DNA of 64,000 nucleotides from an uncultured virus (IMG/VR IMGVR_UViG_3300025131_000022) (IMGVR_UViG_3300025131_000022); one strand, 5' to 3'; numbered from the stretch's first letter, positions 18,450 through 28,299 are shown. Program-made: numbers and translations. The notes: generated by a model not told the origin, from the letters alone.

Positions 18450-19449
18450 AATTATCTTTTTTCTCTAAGCTTTTTAAAATTGATTGTTCTTCAGTTGTAA
18501 GTTTCTTAGGCATTACAATTTGTGGACTAATTATTAAATCTCCTACTCCATGTTTCGTTCTCATTCCTTTACCTCTTACATTAAAATTCCTTTTAATATC
18601 ACTTAATGGTGGAATTTTAATACTTATTGGTCCTGTGAAAAATGGAATTTGTATATGCGTTCCTACTAACATTTGTAAAATAGGTATTTTTACCTCATAT
18701 ATTATATCAGCATCTCTTACTGTAAAGTGTGGATGGCGTTCTATAACAACTTGGATGCCTAGGTCTCCTGCTACCCCATTTTCTATTTCATCTCCTAAGT
18801 TTCTAAATGTATAAAATTGGCCTGTCATTAAGTCAGTTGGTAATTTAAAGTCTACTGTGCTTTCTGTCGTTACTGTGCCTTTAGCTCCACATTCATTACA
18901 TGCTTGTACTATTATTTTTCCACTGCCTTGACATTGATTGCAAACTTCCCTTCTAATTTGTCTAAAAAATGCATTCCCTACTACATTCTCAACATGTCCG
19001 TGGCCTTTGCATATATGACATGTATGACTATTACCTCCGGTACCCTTACAAGTTCCACACTTAACTTCTCTACTATATCTTAATTTTTTAGTGTGACCAA
19101 AAAATACATCTTCCAAGGATACGGTTAAAGGTATATTTAAATTTCGACCCTTTTTAACTTGTTGTTGTTGTCCTCCTCTATTAAAAAATTGGTTAAATAA
19201 ATCATCCATATTTGGTCCTCCTCCATGGTGTTGTCTTCCATGAAAAGGATTACTTCTTTGATGGTCATATTCTCTTCTTTTTTCTTCATTACCCAATGTA
19301 TCATAAGCTTCTGAAATTTCTTTAAATCTATTTTCATCACCCCCTTTGTCTGGATGATGAGTTTTAGATAAGTTTCTAAATGCCTTTTTTATCTCATCTG
19401 TAGATGAGTTACTATTGATATTTAGAGTTTTGTAATAATCTTTATTCAT
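18439..19449 (-). CDS. dnaJ: DnaJ chaperone (class A)
   Basis: J-domain with HPD, four CxxCxGxG motifs and a C-terminal substrate domain. Confidence 0.92.
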   Translation of the reverse strand: MNKDYYKTLNINSNSSTDEIKKAFRNLSKTHHPDKGGDENRFKEISEAYDTLGNEEKRREYDHQRSNPFHGRQHHGGGPNMDDLFNQFFNRGGQQQQVKKGRNLNIPLTVSLEDVFFGHTKKLRYSREVKCGTCKGTGGNSHTCHICKGHGHVENVVGNAFFRQIRREVCNQCQGSGKIIVQACNECGAKGTVTTESTVDFKLPTDLMTGQFYTFRNLGDEIENGVAGDLGIQVVIERHPHFTVRDADIIYEVKIPILQMLVGTHIQIPFFTGPISIKIPPLSDIKRNFNVRGKGMRTKHGVGDLIISPQIVMPKKLTTEEQSILKSLEKKDNFKI

Positions 19450-20085
19450 ATGGTTTACGATAGAAATCGGTATAAAATTGTTTTATTTAAAACTGGTGAA
19501 AGAAATAAAGTCTTTTTTTCTTCCAACAATAAAAAAAGTATTTTAAAGAAATATACTAAATTTATTGAAGAAAAAAAGCCTAAATTTGTAACAGAATATA
19601 TTTCTCGTAAAAAAGTAATGTTTGAGCTTGCAATTATTACTACAGAAAAATCTGAAGAGACTTTATATGTTAAAGATTCTTTAGGAAGAACTAAACAAAT
19701 AGTTTTAGGGGATTCTAATTATAATTTTATAAAAATGTTACCTTACTGGAAAGAAGAAAAAATCTATGACCATAAATTAAAGTCTAAGATATCTTTTGAA
19801 GTGTTCATGGAGAAGTATTTACACAATAAAGATTTTAAACAAATTTTTACTCTAAATAATAAAGTTATTATACAAGAAGACGATTTATTTAATCTTTTTA
19901 GTTTAAAAACAGTAGCGGACGCTTTAAGGTTACTTACCATTATTGAGTTAGAGTTTTTAAATAGTGGAATATACGATTGTTTATTTGTTAGGGATACTAG
20001 TACTGTACAGAGAAAACAACTTTATAATTTACTAGAGTCGGTTGGGTATGGTAGAGAATTCTTAAGAAAACAATATACCTATTAA
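19450..20085 (+). CDS. Hypothetical protein
   Basis: 211 aa plus-strand ORF with no competing minus-strand ORF. Confidence 0.7.
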   Translation: MVYDRNRYKIVLFKTGERNKVFFSSNNKKSILKKYTKFIEEKKPKFVTEYISRKKVMFELAIITTEKSEETLYVKDSLGRTKQIVLGDSNYNFIKMLPYWKEEKIYDHKLKSKISFEVFMEKYLHNKDFKQIFTLNNKVIIQEDDLFNLFSLKTVADALRLLTIIELEFLNSGIYDCLFVRDTSTVQRKQLYNLLESVGYGREFLRKQYTY

Positions 20086-20315
20086 TCTTTTATAAAAATA
20101 AATTCTGTTTCACTAATATCTATAGATATCTTAGATTGTGCCCTATCTACTTTTATTCTAACAAAATCCTCTATCTCTCTTAAAATTTCGTTAAATTTAT
20201 CTGGATGTACTTTTAAAACTACTTGTGATGTTTTTAAATATGGATTGTCTTTTATCTTTTGTGCAATCTCTGCACAATCTTCTAAAACTTTAGAATGTTT
20301 TTGATTTTCTTCCAT
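20082..20315 (-). CDS. Hypothetical protein
   Basis: 77 aa ORF. Confidence 0.6.
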   Translation of the reverse strand: MEENQKHSKVLEDCAEIAQKIKDNPYLKTSQVVLKVHPDKFNEILREIEDFVRIKVDRAQSKISIDISETEFIFIKD

Positions 20316-20488
20316 ATCCCTTTATTTTCTTTTTGTGGGGTTTTTTCAGTGCTGTAGTATTTATCCAAAACTTCATGGATATTAGTTTTCTTTATCTCTT
20401 CTATTATTCTTTTTTTATGCTGGCGTACCTCCTGTTGGTCCTTCAATACTTCCTCGCGAAACCAGCTCTCTATTTTTTTCTTTTCCAC
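20282..20488 (-). CDS. Hypothetical protein
   Basis: 68 aa ORF ending GIWKKIKNILKF. Confidence 0.55.
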   Translation of the reverse strand: MEKKKIESWFREEVLKDQQEVRQHKKRIIEEIKKTNIHEVLDKYYSTEKTPQKENKGIWKKIKNILKF

Positions 20489-20876
20489 CTAATTCTATAT
20501 TATTCTTATTAAATTCAAAGTTTAATTTTCTTAAAGAGTCAACACTATTCTCCACAAACACCTTTTTCAATTCTAACATCTTTAAATTTAATAAATTATT
20601 TTTTTCTTCAATATCTTTATTCCATTTAATAATAGCTTTTATTTCTTCTACTAATACGTCGCATCCTTCCGAAGTAAATACATTAAAAAACGACACTAAT
20701 TTATGTGTTTCGTTACTATTTCCAATTTTCATTTGTATTATTCCTCCTCTGCTAGAAATAATTTTTTTATCTTCCCATGTAATAGGTAATTTTAAATCTA
20801 CCACCATAAAATCTTCATGCATTCTAACACTATTAAAAACATCCCCAAATTCTAATATGTTATTATATAATTTCAT
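20415..20876 (-). CDS. Hypothetical protein
   Basis: 153 aa ORF. Confidence 0.65.
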   Translation of the reverse strand: MKLYNNILEFGDVFNSVRMHEDFMVVDLKLPITWEDKKIISSRGGIIQMKIGNSNETHKLVSFFNVFTSEGCDVLVEEIKAIIKWNKDIEEKNNLLNLKMLELKKVFVENSVDSLRKLNFEFNKNNIELGGKEKNRELVSRGSIEGPTGGTPA

Positions 20877-21056
20877 CTAATATATCCAATAAGTTAAAAT
20901 ATAGGATAGTGCAACCCCTAATAAAACTAATTCATCTCTTTTTAATTCGTAAGTGGTTGGTTCGGTGGCAAATAATTTTCTAATAAATAATAAAATATTC
21001 CTACTTATTACTAATAAGGAGAATATAAAAACTAATGTAAATCCCCAATGTCCCAT
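20877..21056 (-). CDS. Small two-TM membrane protein (59 aa)
   Basis: My translation MGHWGFTLVFIFSLLVISRNILLFIRKLFATEPTTYELKRDELVLLGVALSYILTYWIY; abuts both neighbours exactly. Confidence 0.6.
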   Translation of the reverse strand: MGHWGFTLVFIFSLLVISRNILLFIRKLFATEPTTYELKRDELVLLGVALSYILTYWIY

Positions 21057-21230
21057 TTATTTCTTACTTTCTTGTAAAATTTCTTTTCTTAGTGTTTGTA
21101 ATACACCTTTTAATTCTTGTGCTGCTTTTCTTGCCCTAATACCTGCACTTTTATTTTTTTTGTCAAAAAATTTCTCAGCATCTACTTTAATTGCTGTTAC
21201 AAGTGTTTCTAATTGTGTTAATGTTTCCAT
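21057..21230 (-). CDS. Histone H1-like (Hc1-family) protein, 57 aa
   Basis: My translation METLTQLETLVTAIKVDAEKFFDKKNKSAGIRARKAAQELKGVLQTLRKEILQESKK contains the NKxAGxRARK signature. Confidence 0.8.
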   Translation of the reverse strand: METLTQLETLVTAIKVDAEKFFDKKNKSAGIRARKAAQELKGVLQTLRKEILQESKK

Positions 21231-21231
21231 A

Positions 21232-21435
21232 TTACTTTTCTTTCTCTTTACTTTGGTACGACTCCCACGTCACAACACTTGCGTTTATCATACTTAATTT
21301 ATTTATTAGTTCTAGAGATGTTTTCAATTTCTCTTCAGTACTAATTTCAGTTTGATTCAAAATTCTTTCTAATTCTGTTTCTAGTTTTTGTTTTTGAACT
21401 ATAAGTTCATTGTTTATTATACTAATTATTCTCAT
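21232..21435 (-). CDS. Coiled-coil hypothetical protein
   Basis: 67 aa ORF after a promoter. Confidence 0.6.
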   Translation of the reverse strand: MRIISIINNELIVQKQKLETELERILNQTEISTEEKLKTSLELINKLSMINASVVTWESYQSKEKEK

Positions 21436-21439
21436 TGTG

Positions 21440-21470
21440 TAATTGTAAAAAAATATTACTTGACTGTCAA
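21440..21470 (-). promoter_or_regulatory. Early promoter TTGACA-N17-TACAAT
   Basis: The -10 hexamer ends 6 nt before ATG 21435. Confidence 0.7.
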
Positions 21471-21953
21471 GCTCTCATTTAAAAGAACATACATTTCATA
21501 TAGCATGTCTAACTCCGATTTAGTTTTTTCATTATGTACTATAAAAAGATGATTTAAAAATTCTTTAATTTTTTCCCGTTGTTCTTCATGTTTATTTGCA
21601 TAAAAAGATTCATAAAAGAAATTAAAAAAATACTCATAGTGTGGGCCTTCTTTTTTAAAGAATATATTTTCTTTATTAAAATTATCTATAATTTTATCCC
21701 AACACCAATTAAAATGCCCCTTTATTTCGTCATCATTTTTAATTACATCTTTTCCTAAATAAGTTTCCACTACAACTATATATAGTGATTTTAAATAATC
21801 ACCAAAGAGATTAATCTTTTCGATATGAATATTATTAACCTTAACCCATAAATTCATATCTTCACGACTTACGAGTTGTGTAACATATTTAAAAAATTGT
21901 TCTGGTAATAATCTTCTTCTTTCCATATCTTTTATAAATTTAAAGATAGGCAA
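21456..21953 (-). CDS. Hypothetical protein
   Basis: ORF with HFNWCWDK; the true start may be 21926. Confidence 0.65.
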   Translation of the reverse strand: MPIFKFIKDMERRRLLPEQFFKYVTQLVSREDMNLWVKVNNIHIEKINLFGDYLKSLYIVVVETYLGKDVIKNDDEIKGHFNWCWDKIIDNFNKENIFFKKEGPHYEYFFNFFYESFYANKHEEQREKIKEFLNHLFIVHNEKTKSELDMLYEMYVLLNESLTVK

Positions 21954-21977
21954 TAAGAGCAGTATAGGTAAAGTGAT

Positions 21978-23189
21978 TTACTGGGTTTTTTCATTATAGG
22001 ACCATAATTTCTTCATTACGTCCGTATCTATTTGTACACTTTCTTTTACTTGTTTAACTTTTTGTACGTCTGGGCTATATCCTCTAAGATTAGTCATTGC
22101 AGCTTTTTCTGCCGCTATCTTTTCTTTTCTTCTTTCAACAGACTTTTTCATTATTTTTCCTAAATTACTTTGTACCACATTGCCTAAAGTTTCTCCATCT
22201 TTGTCTTCTTGAGCATTTCCTGTTTCACTCGACCCTTCTAAATAATCGGTTAATCTTTTCATATCTTGATTATGTACATCAAAATCTTGTAATCCAGGAT
22301 AACCAAAATCATCAATAAATTCTTGGTCATCATCAGTATTTCTATAATATCGATACCCTATATTATCTGGGTCCGTTTTAGAGTCTACTTGATGTGGGAA
22401 TTCAGGATTTGTATTACCATCAAAATTACTATAATCTTTAAATTTCTTTTTTACATCTTTATGGTAACTATCTGTTTCTGTTTTAGATTTTTTAATGGCT
22501 TTGTTATACGCGTCTAATCCAGGTACTGTTTTACTTGGACTTAGGTTTGCTTCTGCTAATTTATCTTTTAACTTCTTGTTAACTAACTTTTTAATCAAAT
22601 CAGTAGTAGTTTCATTTACTTTAGGTGCCTCGTCAGATGATGAGCTAATTGCTTTCGTCCATGAATCCTTATCATAACCGGCCTCTTCTACCATTTGTCT
22701 TTCTGCAGTAGTTAAATTTGTCCATGGTGTTCCACGTTCCATTAACTCAGCTACAGAAGAATTTTCTTCACTTATCATTTCTTGTTGTTCTCCCATTTCT
22801 TGACGTTTAGTAAATTTTGTTAAAGTATCAGAACTACCTTGTTTATCTACAAAGCCAGCTCCCACACTTTTTAATGTATTACCTATAGCTGTTTGTCCCT
22901 GTAGAGTTTCCTTTACCATATTGTCTATAGTATTTTCTAATACAAGTTTTTGTGCCATTTCATCCGCAGCGGCTTTTAAAGCTTCTTCAATAACTTTCGT
23001 CTCCTTAACTGATTCTTTCAGCCTTGAGGGGTGTCTCCCTTTTGTTGGTGTGTATTTGTAACTTTCTCCTTCGTTACTAATGACCATCCCTTCTTTATCT
23101 CTTGCTAAAGCATGATTCTCACCTATTCTTTTAACAGCTTTTTTAATAATTTTTGTTAAATCTGGATTTTTTGCTAATATATCTCCCAT
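21978..23189 (-). CDS. Putative head-internal/scaffold-like late protein
   Basis: Charged 403 aa protein with many [ILV]-x-E sites; preceded by TATTTATA. Confidence 0.55.
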   Translation of the reverse strand: MGDILAKNPDLTKIIKKAVKRIGENHALARDKEGMVISNEGESYKYTPTKGRHPSRLKESVKETKVIEEALKAAADEMAQKLVLENTIDNMVKETLQGQTAIGNTLKSVGAGFVDKQGSSDTLTKFTKRQEMGEQQEMISEENSSVAELMERGTPWTNLTTAERQMVEEAGYDKDSWTKAISSSSDEAPKVNETTTDLIKKLVNKKLKDKLAEANLSPSKTVPGLDAYNKAIKKSKTETDSYHKDVKKKFKDYSNFDGNTNPEFPHQVDSKTDPDNIGYRYYRNTDDDQEFIDDFGYPGLQDFDVHNQDMKRLTDYLEGSSETGNAQEDKDGETLGNVVQSNLGKIMKKSVERRKEKIAAEKAAMTNLRGYSPDVQKVKQVKESVQIDTDVMKKLWSYNEKTQ

Positions 23190-23213
23190 AATGTTTTTAT
23201 TATAAATATCTAT

Positions 23214-23912
23214 TTATTCGTATTTTCCTCCTACATTAGACCCCATTGTATAAATTTTACCTATTGGTTTGTCCATTTTTGTTTTTGGTCCTAATATAGA
23301 TGTAATCGGGGACTTATAAAAACTTCTTCTTATAATCTCCTCTATTTCTTTTTTAACTAACTCTTTGACATACTTTTTATCTTTTCCTGTCTTTTTTGTA
23401 ACTTCTTGTATTGCGGCTTTAACCATTTTATTATCTGTTAATTCAAGTGCATTTATATCTCCTTGATTACAGTAAGGAAAGGTGCTGCATTTTTTCTTAA
23501 CTTTTACAAATTTGCCACCAGGCCAAGTAGTTTTAGCTTTTCCTCTCCAATTCTTTTCGTCTTTTGCCCACATTTGTGGTGTCTCATAAGCTCCTGCACT
23601 TTCTGCACCTGTAGCTTCTCCTACTTCTTCTTTTTTCTTTTTAGTAAATCTAGGGTCAAATCCTAATGGTGCCTCAAATGCTCCTGCACTTCCAGCTGAA
23701 GTTGCTTCTTCTACTTCTCCATCTGGATTACCTTCTCCTTCTGGCCCTACTTGAAGTGCTTCCCACTCTGCGTGCTCCATACCTGTATGAGCTTCTTCAC
23801 AGGTTTTCCCTGGGTGTTCTATTTTCTCTTCTTTAAGCATCTCTCTATACCCTATTGGGTCTTTATGAATCGCTTTCTTTAACGCTTTTTTAAAATTGTC
23901 TTCTATACCCAT
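23214..23912 (-). CDS. Putative head-associated late protein with EATxAxSAGA[FY]ExP repeats
   Basis: EATSAGSAGAFEAP and EATGAESAGAYETP; start placed at MGIEDNF (TAATG overlap). Confidence 0.6.
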   Translation of the reverse strand: MGIEDNFKKALKKAIHKDPIGYREMLKEEKIEHPGKTCEEAHTGMEHAEWEALQVGPEGEGNPDGEVEEATSAGSAGAFEAPLGFDPRFTKKKKEEVGEATGAESAGAYETPQMWAKDEKNWRGKAKTTWPGGKFVKVKKKCSTFPYCNQGDINALELTDNKMVKAAIQEVTKKTGKDKKYVKELVKKEIEEIIRRSFYKSPITSILGPKTKMDKPIGKIYTMGSNVGGKYE

Positions 23913-24154
23913 TATTTTACTCTTTTTATTTCTGATTGCCACATACTACGTCTAAACCAGAATGTTTTATAAAGTTCTAATGTAACTTTACTTATTATGT
24001 CCACAATTTCATCTCTGGTATTTCTACCTTTTTTAATTTCATCAACCATTAATTTTTTTATTTCATTTTTAAACTGAGGTTTAGTCATGAAATCTTTTAT
24101 TTCTTTTCGAGCTATTACCCCAATTTGATTTTTGTCTGTACTAGTTAATGCCAT
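23912..24154 (-). CDS. Hypothetical late protein
   Basis: 80 aa ORF preceded by TATTTATA. Confidence 0.6.
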   Translation of the reverse strand: MALTSTDKNQIGVIARKEIKDFMTKPQFKNEIKKLMVDEIKKGRNTRDEIVDIISKVTLELYKTFWFRRSMWQSEIKRVK

Positions 24155-24166
24155 ATACTATAAATA

Positions 24167-24541
24167 TTAGTTAACATTAGATACGACCCAAGATGCTGTA
24201 ACAATTGTTGCTGCACCTAAAAAGAAATGAATTATGGGTTTATTATACCATTTCGGTCTTAATTCTTTTGTTAAATCTTTATATAAAACTATTCTTTGGT
24301 TTAATAAATCTGTCTTCTCGTTCATGAAAGCTATATGTAAGCTATCTTGTATATGTAATGTCTTATAATTTGTAATTTGGGTATTTAATAAATTAATCTC
24401 TATTTTCTGTAAGCTATCATTTTGTTCATGTACTTGAAATAGTGAATCCATCTCAACTACTTCTTTATCAGTAAAAGTATGTGTTTGAGTGAAGGCCCAT
24501 ACTGGGGTAAGCAATAATAATATTAATATTAGTTTTTTCAT
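24167..24541 (-). CDS. Exported coiled-coil protein with C-terminal TM (spanin-like candidate)
   Basis: Signal peptide ending AFT-Q, coiled coil, then KWYNKP and a hydrophobic tail. Confidence 0.5.
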   Translation of the reverse strand: MKKLILILLLLTPVWAFTQTHTFTDKEVVEMDSLFQVHEQNDSLQKIEINLLNTQITNYKTLHIQDSLHIAFMNEKTDLLNQRIVLYKDLTKELRPKWYNKPIIHFFLGAATIVTASWVVSNVN

Positions 24542-24543
24542 AA

Positions 24544-24861
24544 TTACTTATTTTTTTTAAGTCTATTTCTTAGAGAATTACTTGCCTGTTTTCCAGTTTT
24601 CTTTTTTGCCTTAGGTTTTTTCTTTTTAATCTTTTTTAATTCCTTGTTAGTGTTGGCTATTTTTTTCTTTGTGACCTTCTTTTCGTTTTTAATATTCTCT
24701 ATTTTTTTATCAACTTCTTTGGTCTTTTTTTCATTGGTCTTAATCTTCTTTTTAATCTTCTTAACTTTTCTACTAGAGTTTGAGTTCATAAACCACACGA
24801 GCCCAATAAAGAATCCTATTGCTCCTACTATCCATTTCCAAGATTTTTTTAAAAATTCCAT
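24544..24861 (-). CDS. N-terminal TM plus lysine-rich coiled coil (i-spanin-like candidate)
   Basis: WKWIVGAIGFFIGLVWF followed by a K-rich helix. Confidence 0.5.
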   Translation of the reverse strand: MEFLKKSWKWIVGAIGFFIGLVWFMNSNSSRKVKKIKKKIKTNEKKTKEVDKKIENIKNEKKVTKKKIANTNKELKKIKKKKPKAKKKTGKQASNSLRNRLKKNK

Positions 24862-24862
24862 A

Positions 24863-25408
24863 TTATTCGTTTTCTTCTTCTCTTTTATGAGTAGATTTTC
24901 TATCTGCTAATACTTTTGCCCATTTTGCCGAAAATATTTGATAGTATTCCTTCAATTTAGTAAACATCTCTAAAGCTTCCTCATCTATCTTAAGCATACT
25001 TCCAGTAACATATACTCCATTTTGTTCTCCTACTGTATAAAAGAATTCTGTATCAAATTTTACAAGAATGCCTGACCATTCCACATTATTTTCATATATG
25101 TTTAATGCGTTATAATCTACTAAATCAGATACTTGCTCTACAAAATCATCCATAGTTTCCTGATAAGTATTTTTTTCTTCATCAGTTAAAGTAATATCTG
25201 GTGTTGTATATCCATGTACTACAATTTTACCACTAGATACATCATATTCTTTTGTTTTTTCTTCCTCTCTATCCAAAGTAATTGTTTCTAGGCTGGGGGT
25301 TGTTTGTTCAAAAAGTTTTTTAGATTTATCTAAAAGTGATTTCATTTCATCATATTGGCGATTACTGTAATCACTATAGTCCTTAATATGTCTAGTTTGT
25401 TTTTTCAT
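24863..25408 (-). CDS. Hypothetical protein
   Basis: 181 aa ORF. Confidence 0.65.
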   Translation of the reverse strand: MKKQTRHIKDYSDYSNRQYDEMKSLLDKSKKLFEQTTPSLETITLDREEEKTKEYDVSSGKIVVHGYTTPDITLTDEEKNTYQETMDDFVEQVSDLVDYNALNIYENNVEWSGILVKFDTEFFYTVGEQNGVYVTGSMLKIDEEALEMFTKLKEYYQIFSAKWAKVLADRKSTHKREEENE

Positions 25409-25959
25409 AATATTTCAAAATTAAATGACGGGTTAATGTCAGTCCAATATTCATTATAATTACTCCGTGATACGATACCTTTAAAATTTTCTATTCCTTC
25501 TACTAATACATTATGACCGATGAATTCATTAGGTATATCATTCTTATCACAAATTTCTTTTATCAATTTTTTTGTAGCTTTTACTTGTTTATCGGTATAC
25601 TTATCCCAAAATAATTTATTTCTCCATTTTTTAGAGAATACTTTATTATTATAAATATCTCCTAGCCAGTCAACATACTTACCGTCACTACTTCTTCTAG
25701 CCAACCACCCATTATTCTCTAAACATATAATAATTACACCATTATTTCTATAGTCTTCTAGAAAATGTGATGTCACATCTTTTTTAGTTAATTGTTGTAC
25801 TTTACCTTCTTTATCTATAACATAATTGGGTATCTTTTTATATTTACCATTATTACGTAATTTTAATCCCAGTAAATAATTTTTAATATCCCTATTAGTA
25901 TTACTTAAAAGTATTTGACTATTTTTTCCTTCCTTTGTATGTAAGTATTTTGTTTTCAT
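25405..25959 (-). CDS. Amidase_2-like N-acetylmuramoyl-L-alanine amidase, divergent
   Basis: NYVIDKEGKV, IIICLEN, YTDKQV and TDINPSF; the expected Zn-binding His residues are not evident. Confidence 0.6.
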   Translation of the reverse strand: MKTKYLHTKEGKNSQILLSNTNRDIKNYLLGLKLRNNGKYKKIPNYVIDKEGKVQQLTKKDVTSHFLEDYRNNGVIIICLENNGWLARRSSDGKYVDWLGDIYNNKVFSKKWRNKLFWDKYTDKQVKATKKLIKEICDKNDIPNEFIGHNVLVEGIENFKGIVSRSNYNEYWTDINPSFNFEIL

Positions 25960-27481
25960 ATTCTTTTTCAGACATATTATTCCATTCTTCTACAGTAATT
26001 GTTGGTTCTTCTTCCAAATCATCTTCTGACTTAATAACTTTTATATCATCCTCTTCTTTTTTGGTTTTAACAATTAGGGTTTGTGTCGTATCTGTTAATC
26101 GGTCTATGTCACCAATCTCGTCATCATACTTAATATTAAGAGCTTTAGATAATTTCTCAAGGTCTTTTTTAGTTGGCTCTATGGGTTTGGGTTCTTCTAG
26201 TATTTCTTCTAATTTCTCAAGCTCTTCTTCGGTTGGGTTTATTGGTGTTGGTTCATCTGTTGTTTCTGTTTTACCAATTTCTCTACTAATCTCATCAATC
26301 TCTTCTTCTGTTAACTCATCAGTAGAAGTTATTAATTTTGTTTTCTCTTTATCTTCTTTACTAACTTGTGGGGTTGCCCAATCATCATCCCCATAGGTAT
26401 TTATTGTTGTTTCTGATTTAGGATAATGTTTTTCTATGAATTGGGGGTAGGTTAAGTTCTCTATATCTTCTTCTCTAGTATATTTTATATACCCTTCTAA
26501 ATCACTAAAATAGTCTTCATCTATTTTTTTTAATTTCTCCTGATTTTCTTTTACTCGTTGTTTGAGAGATTCAGATGGTTGAGTTGTATTATCTTCTCGT
26601 AGTCCTACTGGTGGTTCCATTTCTATTATTTTTTCTAGATGTTCATTTCTAGATGTAAAATAATCTTCTTCTTTACGTTTAGGGGTTAACTGTGCAAATG
26701 CCATATTAGCCGCTACTACAAGTGCTATTGCTAGAGGGTCAAATACAAATATAATTAAAAGTAAAAAGTAATTGACAACCTTGTCCATTGGCCACCCAGT
26801 TGTTGATGCTAGATATTTTAATGGACCTAATTCTCTTTGGCCTTCATTATCTATTTCTTTTTCTAGTAAAGCTATATCTGTTTTACTTATTGAATCTAAT
26901 ATAGCTTCTAATTTTAAGTTTAGGTTATCTCTATCTGCTATTGTAGTTTTTAATTCTGCTTGTAATGCTCTTCTTGCAGAACTAGATGATGATGTGATTA
27001 CTGTTTCAGAATTTTTATCATACCATGACACTTGATGTGGGTTTGATAATGATATTCTTAAATCTGATATTGATTGATTTATTTGAGTCTTCTCAAGTGT
27101 TAGGTCATCTTTAGTTTCAGTAAATCTAGTTTGTTTATGTTCAAGTATTACAAGTGACTTGTCTAATAACTCTGATTGTGTAGCAGTTGATTGATAGGCT
27201 CCAGATAAAAATCCATATATACCACCTGATGTTATTACCATTAAAACAAAACAGGCTATCATGAGATAGCCTTTTAATATTTTATTTATTGTGTCCCAGT
27301 ACTGGTATAATAATGACGCAACTACTAATTTAGCAAATTCAAGTGAACCTGCCATTATAATTACTTCAGTACTAGCTCCTGCAAATAATTTACTTAAACC
27401 AAATACAGAGTAGAAAGCTGCGGACCCAGCCACAGATAATGCTGCCAACGCAACAATAGAAGGAAATAGTCTTTTTTTCAT
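25919..27481 (-). CDS. Multi-TM membrane protein with coiled coil and acidic tail
   Basis: AAFYSVFGLSKLFAG, SLEFAKLV, TSGGIYGFLS, LGPLKYL and FVFDPLA; a pattern familiar from large phages. Confidence 0.7.
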   Translation of the reverse strand: MKKRLFPSIVALAALSVAGSAAFYSVFGLSKLFAGASTEVIIMAGSLEFAKLVVASLLYQYWDTINKILKGYLMIACFVLMVITSGGIYGFLSGAYQSTATQSELLDKSLVILEHKQTRFTETKDDLTLEKTQINQSISDLRISLSNPHQVSWYDKNSETVITSSSSSARRALQAELKTTIADRDNLNLKLEAILDSISKTDIALLEKEIDNEGQRELGPLKYLASTTGWPMDKVVNYFLLLIIFVFDPLAIALVVAANMAFAQLTPKRKEEDYFTSRNEHLEKIIEMEPPVGLREDNTTQPSESLKQRVKENQEKLKKIDEDYFSDLEGYIKYTREEDIENLTYPQFIEKHYPKSETTINTYGDDDWATPQVSKEDKEKTKLITSTDELTEEEIDEISREIGKTETTDEPTPINPTEEELEKLEEILEEPKPIEPTKKDLEKLSKALNIKYDDEIGDIDRLTDTTQTLIVKTKKEEDDIKVIKSEDDLEEEPTITVEEWNNMSEKEYENKILTYKGRKK

Positions 27482-27501
27482 TTATCTTTTATTGATAAAT
27501 A

Positions 27502-28299
27502 TTAGTCATTTAAGTATTCTAATAACTGATAACTATCATTTCTTAATTTTCTTAGTACTTTTTCCTTAATTTGTCTAACCCTTTCTTTGGTTAGGCTTAA
27601 TTCGTCCCCAATTTCTTGTAAGGTCATAGGAGTTCCACACAGCCCATAATAATCTATTACTATATTTTTTTCTCTTTCATCTAAAGTAGACATTAGTTTA
27701 AATAATTCATCTTTTAAATTTAATTCATCTGCAAAAATATCTTCTGGATTATCTGCATTATTATTAACTAACATATCTATCAAAGTATCACCTTCATCAT
27801 TAATGGGTTTATCATAATTTATTGTAGTCGGTAATAAGGCAAGTTTACTATTCCATTTTTCTATTTCTTGTCCTGCTTTTTTTCTTTCTTTTTGTAGTTG
27901 TTGTATAATGTTAACTGGTAACCTTATAGTTCTTGCATGTTCATTAAGGCATTGTAAAATAGATTGCCTTACCCACCATACTGCATAAGAAATAAATCGG
28001 AATCCTTTATTCCAATCAAAGTTCTTTATTGCTTTTAAAAGTCCATAATTCCCTTCAGCAATTAAATCACTTAACTGCACTCCTTGTCCTTGATAATCTT
28101 TTGCTACGCTAATCACAAACCTTAAATTTCCTTCTAATAACTCAAGGTGAATTTCTTGTATAGTTTCTATATCTGGGTTCTCGTTTAACATTATTTTAGC
28201 TAGTTCTTTTTCTCTTACTGGAGTAAGTATTTTTCTTTTTCTTACATCTTTGAGATAATGTGATATTTCGTTTTGATTGATGAATATGTTTTTTGCCAT
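27502..28299 (-). CDS. RNA polymerase sigma70 factor (RpoD/SigA family, no region 1.1)
   Basis: NLRFVISVAK, DLIAEGNYGL, GFRFISYAVWWVRQ, RTIRLP and TLQEIG...TKERVRQI. Confidence 0.92.
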   Translation of the reverse strand: MAKNIFINQNEISHYLKDVRKRKILTPVREKELAKIMLNENPDIETIQEIHLELLEGNLRFVISVAKDYQGQGVQLSDLIAEGNYGLLKAIKNFDWNKGFRFISYAVWWVRQSILQCLNEHARTIRLPVNIIQQLQKERKKAGQEIEKWNSKLALLPTTINYDKPINDEGDTLIDMLVNNNADNPEDIFADELNLKDELFKLMSTLDEREKNIVIDYYGLCGTPMTLQEIGDELSLTKERVRQIKEKVLRKLRNDSYQLLEYLND

